From Nemertoderma westbladi (lineage: Eukaryota; Animalia; Xenacoelomorpha), in assembly GCA_032718475.1 (NCBI GenBank), contig JAUCBJ010008972.1, forward strand, positions 1 through 54,962: a stretch of 54,962 nt of DNA. Reading direction: 5' to 3'. Position 1 is the stretch's first letter. Each line of letters opens with the position of its first letter. The notes under the pieces were generated by a model. That model saw only the letters and a program-made list of their open reading frames with translations, did not search any database and was not told the DNA's origin. Of the stretch, positions 1 through 11,000 are shown piece after piece. The translations under genes and the position numbers were made by a program.

Positions 1-117
1 GATGATCTAGCAAATGTCATGGGTGATAGGGAGTTGTGGCGGTGCAATTTTGTTGACAAGCCGGCACAGCATTCTTAAAAATGCAGCTGCAATGCAGCAT
101 GCCGATCCTAGTAGTAG
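1..117 (+). mobile_element. 3' end of an RTE-like non-LTR retrotransposon with (TAG)n tail
   Basis: Ends in CCTAGTAGTAG. It is the near-exact reverse complement of ~53437-53553, which encodes an RTE-type C-terminus (ANVMGDRELWR) and has the same tail. Confidence 0.8.
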
Positions 118-1320
118 GGCCTCGAACCTGTAGTCCTCTCCCATAGCCTCCGCCTCTCTTTCATCTGCCTCCCTCCTTTCTCGTCTGGCGACTTCTTCCA
201 TTCGCTTCTCCTCAAGTCTATCTGCCTCCAGCTTCTCCCACCTCTGATATGGTGTATCCACCTCCCTGTCTACTAGATGCCGGCAGTTGTAGTGCACCGA
301 CTTGCCCTTCAGCCCCGGGTGGTCTGCCAGACCTTCGAAGGCCACCTTGGAGGCTCTTCTGTAGTTAAGAGGTGATCCTGATAGCAGAAACGCTGCTGGC
401 TCTCTTCCGATAACCACGGCCATGAATAGGTTTAGCAAACCTATCATTATCCAATCCTCCTGTAGGATATATTGCTTTTGATATATCTTTATCGCTCCTC
501 TCCGGAGCTGATACACCTCCTGTTTCCTGGCTTCACTCCCCATTTCAGCAAGTTCGCCAGCTCCGCTCCGTACTCCTCCCAAAACTTACCCCAGTTCATC
601 GGCTTGTGGAGCCCCATGAGCTGGCCCATTGCCACTGCTTTGCAATGTCCTGTCTTCTCTACCAATCCCAACCCGTCTGGCCCTGTCATGGCCATATAGA
701 CCGCTTGCATGTCCAGGAGGTTGGGGGTCTCCAGTCCGACAATCCTCCCCACATCGTCGCGGATTGCCAATCTCACCTTCATCGTTGACTTCTCCCTTAC
801 TAGGTCCTGCACCGCCCTTGGCAACCGGTTTAATTTCAGCCCGCTCTTCTTCCCATACGTTCCTAGATCGAATAGGAATATGTCTCCATTTGGAGCAGCC
901 AAATGCAGTAGTATGGTTCTAGCCGACCCCGCCAACCCTCTTCTCGAACCCTCGTCATCTTCCACAGTCCCCTCGTCGTCCAGGACCATGTATCCTCCCC
1001 TGTTCACGGACTCTACACAAACCTCCTCCAGTCCTTTCTCGGTGGTTCCCTCGGATACTTCGGTATCCCGAACTTTGCTTTGACTCCTTTCACTACATAG
1101 TGGAAATGCTCGAGGATCGCGTTGTCTAGCGACGGTGTCCCATAGGTCCCGACCAGTCGCCTCTCGTCCATCTCCCTGAAGTGGTCCTGCAGTGCCCGCG
1201 CTTTGTGACCCTTCGCTAGCAGCTCGTAGTGCCTTTGCGTGAAGTCCACTAGTATCTCCTTTCCTCTCCTTTCCATCTTTCTCTTCTTAACAAGTCTCTC
1301 CGCCATTACGAACACTCTCG
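118..1320 (-). pseudogene. Frameshifted accessory ORF with a DEDDy (WRN/EXD/RNase D-like) 3'-5' exonuclease-like domain
   Basis: ORF 489..1007 has MVLDDEG (ExoI-like DxE), TILLHLAAPNGDIFLFDL, LPRAVQDLV, KVRLAIRDDV (ExoII-like) and LLDMQ. ORF 7..582 supplies QKQYILQED (ExoIII-like). The ORF is split over three frames and cut by the RTE tail at 117. Confidence 0.5.
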
Positions 1321-1325
1321 CTCGC

Positions 1326-2175
1326 TCACCCGCTTGGTGGTGCCTTGCCTCGTGTTGTTGCATACAAGATAATGCCATAGCGTTTCTCCGTGTGTCGCAT
1401 CACCTTAATCTTAATTGGCCCGAACATGTCTACGCCGCAGTGCGTGAATGGCGGGTTGTGTTGTCTTACTCTATTGGCCGGTAATGGTGCCATCTCCTGT
1501 ACGACCCTCTCCTTTCTCGTCCGTCGGCAGGTCTGGCACTGCCCCACTACTGCCTTCACCTTCTTCCTCAACTGTGTGATCCAGAACATCCTCCGTATCT
1601 CTGCGAGAGTCTGGTTGGTGCCTCCATGTAATATCGACTTATGGGAGTCCCAAATGATCTGGTGGACTATCAGCGATCTGTTGGGAATGATTATGGGTTT
1701 TGGTGGGATAACTAGGCTGTTGTTATTCAGCACTCTAGAGTTCATCACCAGAATCCCATCATCGTTTAGTTGTGGGGACAGCATGTTGAGCTCGCTGTCT
1801 CGACGAAGATGTTGTTGCCTGCTAACTCTATCCACTTTGTCGGCGTAGTACCTTCTCTGCTCGTACCGTATTACGGCCTTAGCTGCTCCCTCCAGATCGA
1901 TGTTTGGTTTCCTCTTGGCATCCTTGCCAACTCCCTTAAGGAAATCCCCGTAGGCCCTCCAATATGCTACCAACTTCTTGGTTTTGTACCAGCTGAGTAA
2001 CCTGTCCGTCGGGTTGTCGCATGGGTCTTCTGACTTCGGTGGCACCTCCTTGATCTCCCTCACCATCTGACTAAATATCTCTTCCCCTTCTGAATCTTCC
2101 TACTCTTCCTCTGGTGCTACTTCCTCCGAGCCCGGGTCCACCTTCCTCATTGGTGGCCAGGCTGATCTATCGTTA
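1326..2175 (-). mobile_element. BEL/Pao LTR retrotransposon pol fragment (post-RNase H linker, integrase HHCC zinc finger, start of the catalytic core)
   Basis: Motifs DRSAWPP, LSPQLNDDGILV, HKSILHGGTNQTLAEIRRMFWI...CQTC and MAPLPANRV...PFTHCGVDMFGP...KRYGII. The integrase is truncated after the first catalytic Asp. Confidence 0.85.
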
Positions 2176-4588
2176 AGTATCTGAGCTATTGTTGATCTAC
2201 TTGGTCGAAATCCGTTTTGGCTCTTACGCAGTAGTTTCTCTATGTGAGGCCTAATCCTATATAGAATCATTTTATTGTATATTTTGGCAGCTACCACAAG
2301 CAGACAGATCCCACGATAGTTTGTTGGTATGCCGAGGTCTCCTTTCTTGGGGAGAGGCTTTAGTTGACCTTTAGTCCAAATTGGTGGTGGCTTTTCCCCT
2401 TTTAACATCCGGTTGCAAACATTCAATAATGGTCTATTTAGCACTCCGGTTTTCCATAACTCCGCTGGGATTTCATCTAATCCACTCGCTTTATTATTGG
2501 ACATGCTTTTAATGCTTCTTTGGAGTTCGGCAGGTGTGAAGTCCCCTGTTTCTATAGGTAGTGTCTTGTCATATATTTTCCTTGTAGGGCTGACCTCGAT
2601 GTTTGGTGGCTGCCCAAGCAAGTTGCTGAAGTGATTTTTCCACTTCCCAACACGTTCTTCAGGACTATCGGCTTTGAGGCGCCCCTTTGCACAACTTTTC
2701 CGACCAGATATCTCATTTACAGTTTGCCAGGTAAGTCTTGATTGTTGCTGTATGTGAGCAGTTGTAATTGCTTCAGTTTTATCCTGTATGTACTTTTCCT
2801 GGCTGATGTTGTAGGCCAATTTAAGATCGTCCTTAGCTTTCTCAACCTTGTTAATGTTTTCGGTTGTTGGTTGTTCGGTTTTAACTTTGTAGGCTATCTT
2901 AAGATCTTCTCTCTTACAAGTAACCTCAGAGTTTTGCCATGGCACATACTGTTTTCGTTTAGGTTTCTGGGGGATATGCCTCTTAGCTGATTCCTTGTGG
3001 GCTGTTATTATATTCTGGTATATTGAATCGGTGGATTGGTCTTCATCCATTGACTGAAGTGCTTCAAAGCGGTTTTGAACTTCTACTGTATAAGCATCCT
3101 TTACAGCATTGTCAGTTCTGAGTTTCTCCCAGTCATAGTTGATTTGCTTGCTTGTCCTGGGTTTGCTGGCTCTCAAACTGAGTCTGATCTCTGCAGTCAC
3201 AATTCTGTGGTCCGAACCAATTAGGTTGAACGAGCTGTATGCCTCGCAGTTGATCATGCTATTTCTCCACTTTTTGTTTATAAGGATGTAATCCAGTTGT
3301 GCTTTGGTTCCATTAGGGTATTGAAAGGTCCATAGCTTCCCCTTACTCTTTTCGAATGTGTTGTTTGTTGGTTCTTCCATTCTTCCAATTCACATTCTTC
3401 CATTAGGTCTAATAGTAAGTACCCATTTCTGTTAGAACTGGTGTTATAGGTGTAACCCTTGATGTCTTCTGGGCCAATTTGCACATTCAGGTCACCAGCA
3501 ATGACTTTAACATTGTGTTTGGGGATGTCCTTAATAAGTCCAGTCAGTTCTTCATAAAACTTGACTGCTTGTTCTGGCTCTGATGCATTGGTTGGACTGT
3601 AGCAACATATAACTGTTGTCTTGGGATTCCCATCAAATGTTGCGATCATAACCCTGGAATTTATAGATTCGATGTTGTTTAGGGTCTTAAGTGCAAATGG
3701 GCTTAGCAGAATTCCTACTCCACCAATTGATGCATTGGCCGAGTTTCTTACTGCTGAGCTTGTTACTAACGTCCATCCATTTCCAATGTCATTGTACTTC
3801 ATGGCAGTGTCTTCATGACAAATCCGATGTTCTTGGATGCAGATGATGTCGATGTTATATTCCATTGCCAGAGCGACCATGTCACCCTGTTTGCTCTGTG
3901 CTTTCAGCGTGCGTGCGTTCATTGTAGCAATCTTTAGTGTCTTTTTACATTTCAACAGGTTGGTTCTTCTTTCTTCTCTGTCTTCTGTTCCAGTAGCCAA
4001 TTTATCGATCCCAGCCTGGTGTACCACTGAGGGACGCGGTCCTTGTTGACCCGGGCGACGACCGAGCCGGTATTTCTCCTGGAGGGTTCTCATACTCATA
4101 TCTTTCAGTTGCGGGGGTAAACCGCTTGTGGTCGCAACTCCTACAAGCGTCTTCGCAGTAGGTCGCCGTTGGTTGATTACCTTCCGCCGACCTTGTCAGC
4201 ATGTCTAGCCGTTGGTTGATTACCTTCCGCCTATCCATGGCCTACAGCCCTGCTGCCGACTGTAGGGGTCCATTTGTTACACCCTGAACCAAGTGTGCCT
4301 CCTGGGTTAGGTTACCTAACACTGGTAGAGGAGCATCCAGTATAGACAGGGCGGGGCTTGTATCATCTCTAATGCAGATGCGTATCAAGCCTTTGCCTTC
4401 AATGGTGCCCTAGGCGCTATAGCCCTCAATGACTTATTTAGTTGACGGGGCTGAACCAACCCACTCTTGATCAACTAAATAATGAATAGGCTATGCTTAT
4501 CGGGCCTGCCCTACTGGGCTGACAGCTACAGGTAGTACCACATTACTGCCATAGTGGTAGCAGGATCTGGGGACCTGACCTGACCTGA
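2176..4588 (-). mobile_element. RTE-like LINE, 5' half (5' UTR, APE endonuclease, RT N-terminus), frameshifted and 3'-truncated
   Basis: ORF 3278..4099 has KIATMNARTL, IICIQEHR, YSPTN and AGDLN. ORF 2100..3380 has QLDYIL, SDH, KASGLDEIP, NYRGICLL and QNGFRPSRST. The frameshift near 3370 coincides with a short TTCTTCCA duplication. The 5' boundary is approximate. Confidence 0.85.
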
Positions 4589-4589
4589 T

Positions 4590-7500
4590 TACGTCCTGTG
4601 GGCTCTCTCATCTACCTGATATCAGACATACAGGTGCACCGCACACTAAGCCTTTGTCGGTCCCAGCAAGTTAGCTAGATAACTCGCCATAACCTGCCAA
4701 TCAGATGACTTGAACAAATGTGTTCACATGTGATCACATTGGATGAAATCTGCTTTTTCTGGTGGCCTGTACTGTAACTAACTTGGCCAGTAAACCCCGT
4801 CAGGACCAGGTGGCCACTCTCTTTTCGTACTGCCACCCAGATTTTTTAAACCGAATCCAATACACCATGGGGATTCCCCGGGACACAGACAAAACAATGG
4901 ATGAAATCCTAAGTGAAATCCGTGCGCATCTGAGGAAAGAACAAAATCTTACCGTTGACAGGTACGAGCTGGTTCGCCAAAAACAGCAAGAAGGGCAGGA
5001 TTTCGAAGAATTCTATATCCGCCTTCGTGAGTTAGCGGATGATGCCATGGTAGAGTGACAATAGACGATTGGATAATGACCCTTCTTGTATGTGGCCTCA
5101 GAGACAATGAAACCCGGCGGGAAATATTCAGTAAAAAACCTGCCCTATCCCTCACTGAAACCATGGACTTCTGTCGCAACCGCGAACTTGCCACCAAGAA
5201 AGGACAGTGGCTCAAACATGAGGTTAAAGCTGTGCAACAATATTCCCATGGTGGACAACAACGCGGGCGCTCTAAAAGTCGCTACAGACAACAGAAGGAA
5301 GGGAAAAATTATAGCAGAAACCCTTCAAACTCCCAAAACCGGAAACCGGTGCCGAAAGATAAAGGTATGTGTTATCGGTGCGGTGGCCATTGGCCACATG
5401 ACAACCAAAACCCCTGCCTAGCCGAAGGTATAAAATGTCTTAACTGTGGCAAGAAAGGGCATCTAAGTAAATGCTGCCAATCAAACAAGGTGAAACCCAA
5501 AGTTTATGGCGCCATAATGATTGCTGAAATTGGAGATAATAAAATGCATAATAAACCTTTTTTTCAAATAAAATTCCTGGGGAATAAAGTTTGCATCGCC
5601 GACACCGGTGCGCAAGTAACAGCTGCCGGTATAGCAGTTCTACACGACTGGCGACTTACACAACATGACCTTGAGGATCCAGACGCTCCACTGTCAGCCG
5701 CCAATGGCAAACCTATCCAGTGTATAGGTCGACTTAAACTCAAACAAACACTGGGGAATAATGAATTTACTGACTGGGTTTATATATGCCCTGGAATCAA
5801 CTACGGTGAAATATATTTATCTCTTCCTTCATGCAAAGGCCTGGGTATTGTACATGAACGATTTCCCACGCCAGTCCACTAACTCAGTGGGATTGAGCCT
5901 TCATCTGAGCGAGAGGTGGATGATAATACCTCAAGGAAAGGGATAAACTCCGAGAAGGAAAAATAAAAACTTCTCAGCGAGTTTGCCGATGTATTCTTTA
6001 GTGAGGGTGACCGGTTGAAAACCATGACCGGCCCATCTATGGAGATTAAGCTGGTCGACAGCCGTTCAAATTATACACCCACCATTCAATTCCATATGCC
6101 TATCGCGATAAAGCGAAGGAAGCTATTGACGGAATGCTTGCCAATGGTATAATTGAACGTATCGGCGATCGATCGACCGACTGGGTTCACCCAATGGTTA
6201 TATGCCCCAAGCCAAACCGCCCTGGCAAAATCCGTGTAACCATTGACCTAACTAAACTGAACCACCAAGTAAAGCGACCAGTCCACAATGGCCGCTCACC
6301 TTGGGATATAATTTCCAAAAGAAACCCGAACTCCAACCTGTTTACATCTTTGGATGCCAAATCTGGCTACTGGCAGATTGAGTTGGCTGAGTCGAGCCGA
6401 GATCTCACAAAATTTATAACACCGTGGGGGTGTTTTCGGTATTGTAGAGCCCCCATGGGCCTAATAAGTACTGGAGATTCATACAACTACCGTGGGGACA
6501 TGGCGTTACTGGGACTAGAAAATGTGCACAAAATTGTGGATGATATCCTCATAGAAAGCAGTGATATCAACCAGCACATATCCCATGTTCAGGCCGTCCT
6601 GCAACGTTGTCGAGAAAACTCCATTACACTTCACCCTGACAAATAGAAAAAGTTCGGGGGATACAGGAGTATGATACTCCTCAAAATATAACTGATCTCT
6701 GAAGCTTCATGGGCTTGACAAATCAGCTTGGTTACTTCTCGGGGGACGTAAGTGCAGCAGCATTTCCCCTCCGTGAACTACTCAGGACTCGAAATGAGTT
6801 CGTATGGACTCCCGACCATGATGATGCGTTCCGAAAGGTCAAGCAGACGCTGCTTCGACCACCCATCCTTGCTCCGTTTGACCCCAAGTGTGAGACATGC
6901 CTTGAAACAGACGACAGCCGATTGAATGGCTTGGGCTATGATCTGTTGCAACGGCATGGGGAGGAGTTTAAACTGGTGGCTTGCGGCAGTCGTTTCCTCA
7001 CAGACTGTGAGACAAGGTGGGCGACCATCAAATTAGAATGTGCTGCCATAAAATATGGATTGAATAAATGTCGTCTGTACTTGGCGGGACTTCCGACTTT
7101 TACAGTCGTGACTGATCACCAACCATTGGTTCGCATATTCAATGTCTATACGCTAGATCAAGTCGAGAACTCAAAGATCCAGCGAATAAAGAGTGATTTA
7201 CAATCCCGATATCAGTTCCATTTGGAGTGGATACCAGGGAAGTCCCATAGGATAGCTGATGGACTGAGCAGGAAACCCGTAGACAACCCAGACTCTCAGG
7301 AAAAATATGAATCTGAGACTACTCACATGCTCACTTCAATAATTGCCGAACTAGGTGATGTCTCAGAGGAAAAAACTCAAGAACTCAATGCCAATATGGA
7401 TGACCCATTTATAAGGGAACTCAGGGAAGTGGCACTTGCTGATTCCGAATACCAGGAGTTGCTTCGGAGATTGCTCCAGAGATTGTTGGTGGCTTTGCAT

Positions 7501-8089
7501 CGATCAAACAGGCGTCGCAATCAGTTCAGGAATACAAATCAATGAGAAATTCATTATCAGTTTACAGGGACCTCGCTATGTACAATGACAGACTGGTTAT
7601 CCCAAAGGGGTCTCGGAGAAATGTTCTTTTACGACTGCACGCACCCCACTCTGGAATTACGCGAACAAAACAGCGTGCCCATCAAACTGTCTACTGGCCT
7701 GGAATTGGCCATGAAATTGAGCAAATGACTCGTGAGTGCAACGCCTGTCAAGAACGGTTGCCAAGACTTCCCAAAGAAACTTTAAAACCAGATGACTTAC
7801 CAGAATGTCCCTTCCAATGCGCTTCTGCCGACTTATTTGAAGTACGTAGTCGGCACTTTCTAGCCTATACAGACCGCTTTTCTGGGTATCCATGTGTAAA
7901 TGAATGGGCTAGAGACCCTTCATCCAAACAAGTCACTGCCGCTTTGCTGCGGCATTTCTTAGACCTTGGCGTCCCCAATAGACTGTGTACGGATGGAGGA
8001 CTCCAATTCGACTCGCATTATTCTAGACCATTTTACAACCACTGGGGAGTAAACTGGGAGCCAAGTACGCCCCATTACCCCACCAGCAA
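4590..8089 (+). mobile_element. Degenerate Ty3/Gypsy (Mag-like) gag-pol, no LTR visible
   Basis: Gag knuckles CYRCGGHWPH and CLNCGKKGHLSKCC; protease ADTGAQVT; RT LDAKSGYWQI...APMGL...VDDILI; RNase H ETDDSRLNGLG...TDHQPL; integrase HAPHSG...CNAC, ADLF, TDGGLQF, PHYPTSN. There are multiple stops and frameshifts, and the satellite cuts the integrase. Confidence 0.9.
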
Positions 8090-11000
8090 TAAACACAAAA
8101 TATGGTGAAGATCACGACGTTTGCGAAGCTCCACCTATAGTATTGGTAAACACAAAATATCGCGACATTTACGAAGCTCCACCTATAGTATTGGTAAACA
8201 CAAAATTTTGCGAATATCACGACGTTTGCGAAGCTCCACCTATAGTATTGGTAAACACAAAATTTTGCGAATATCACGACGTTTGCGAAGTTCCACCTAT
8301 AGTATTGGTAAACACAAAATTTTGCGAATATCACGACGTTTGCGAAGTTCCACCTATAGTATTGGTAAACACAAAATTTTGCGAATATCACGACGTTTGC
8401 GAAGTTCCACCTATAGTATTGGTAAACACAAAATATCGCGACGTTTGCAAAGCTCCACCTATAGTATTGGTAAACACAAAATTTTGCGAATATCACGACG
8501 TTTGCGAAGCTCCACCTATAGTATTGGTAAACACAAAATTTTGCGAATATCACGACGTTTGCGAAGCTCCACCTATAGTATTGGTAAACACAAAATTTTG
8601 CGAATATCACGACGTTTGCGAAGCTCCACCTATAGTATTGGTAAACACAAAATATCACGAAGATTGCGACGTTTGCGAAGCTCCACCTATAGTATTGGTA
8701 AACACAAAATATCGCGACGTTTACGAAGCTCCACCTATAGTATTGGTAAACACAAAATTTTGCGAATATCACGACGTTTGCGAAGTTCCACCTATAGTAT
8801 TGGTAAACACAAAATATCACGAAGATTGCGACGTTTGCGAAGCTCCACCTATAGTATTGGTAAACACAAAATATCGCGACGTTTACGAAGCTCCACCTAT
8901 AGTATTGGTAAACACAAAATATCGCGACGTTTACGAAGCTCCACCTATAGTATTGGTAAACACAAAATATCGCGAAGATCACAACGTTTGCGAAGTTCCA
9001 CCTATAGTATTGGTAAACACAAAATTTTGCGAATATCACGACGTTTGCGAAGTTCCACCTATAGTATTGGTAAACACAAAATTTTGCGAATATCACGACG
9101 TTTGCGAAGTTCCACCTATAGTATTGGTAAACACAAAATTTTGCGAATATCACGACGTTTGCGAAGTTCCACCTATAGTATTGGTAAACACAAAATTTTG
9201 CGAATATCACGACGTTTGCGAAGTTCCACCTATAGTATTGGTAAACACAAAATTTTGCGAATATCACGACGTTTGCGAAGTTCCACCTATAGTATTGGTA
9301 AACACAAAATTTTGCGAATATCACGACGTTTGCGAAGTTCCACCTATAGTATTGGTAAACACAAAATTTTGCGAATATCACGACGTTTGCGAAGTTCCAC
9401 CTATAGTATTGGTAAACACAAAATAACGCGACGTTTATGAAGCTCCACCTATAGTATTGGTAAACACAAAATTTTGCGAATATCACGACGTTTGCGAAGT
9501 TCCACCTATAGTATTGGTAAACACAAAATATCACGAAGATTGCGACGTTTGCGAAGCTCCACCTATAGTATTGGTAAACACAAAATATCGCGACGTTTAC
9601 GAAGCTCCACCTATAGTATTGGTAAACACAAAATATCGCGACGTTTACGAAGCTCCACCTATAGTATTGGTAAACACAAAATATCGCGAAGATCACAACG
9701 TTTGCGAAGTTCCACCTATAGTATTGGTAAACACAAAATTTTGCGAATATCACGACGTTTGCGAAGTTCCACCTATAGTATTGGTAAACACAAAATTTTG
9801 CGAATATCACGACGTTTGCGAAGTTCCACCTATAGTATTGGTAAACACAAAATTTTGCGAATATCACGACGTTTGCGAAGTTCCACCTATAGTATTGGTA
9901 AACACAAAATTTTGCGAATATCACGACGTTTGCGAAGTTCCACCTATAGTATTGGTAAACACAAAATTTTGCGAATATCACGACGTTTGCGAAGTTCCAC
10001 CTATAGTATTGGTAAACACAAAATTTTGCGAATATCACGACGTTTGCGAAGTTCCACCTATAGTATTGGTAAACACAAAATTTTGCGAATATCACGACGT
10101 TTGCGAAGTTCCACCTATAGTATTGGTAAACACAAAATAACGCGACGTTTATGAAGCTCCACCTATAGTATTGGTAAACACAAAATATCGCGAAGATCAC
10201 GACGTTTGCGAAGTTCCACCTATAGTATTGGTAAACACAAAATTTTGCGAATATCACGACGTTTGCGAAGTTCCACCTATAGTATTGGTAAACACAAAAT
10301 TTTGCGAATATCACGACGTTTGCAAAGTTCCACCTATAGTATTGGTAAACACAAAATTTTGCGAATATCACGACGTTTGCGAAGTTCCACCTATAGTATT
10401 GGTAAACACAAAATAACGCGACGTTTATGAAGCTCCACCTATAGTATTGGTAAACACAAAATATCGCGAAGATCACGACGTTTGCGAAGTTCCACCTATA
10501 GTATTGGTAAACACAAAATTTTGCGAATATCACGACGTTTGCGAAGTTCCACCTATAGTATTGGTAAACACAAAATTTTGCGAATATCACGACGTTTGCG
10601 AAGTTCCACCTATAGTATTGGTAAACACAAAATTTTGCGAATATCACGACGTTTGCGAAGTTCCACCTATAGTATTGGTAAACACAAAATTTTGCGAATA
10701 TCACGACGTTTGCGAAGTTCCACCTATAGTATTGGTAAACACAAAATAACGCGACGTTTATGAAGCTCCACCTATAGTATTGGTAAACACAAAATATCGC
10801 GAAGATCACGACGTTTGAGAAGTTCCACCTATAGTATTGGTAAACACAAAATAACGCGACGTTTATGAAGCTCCACCTATAGTATTGGTAAACACAAAAT
10901 ATCGCGTAGATCACGACGTTTGAGAAGCTCTGCCTATAGTATTGGTAAACACAAAATATCACGAAGATTGCGACGTTTGCGAAGCTCCACCTATAGTATT

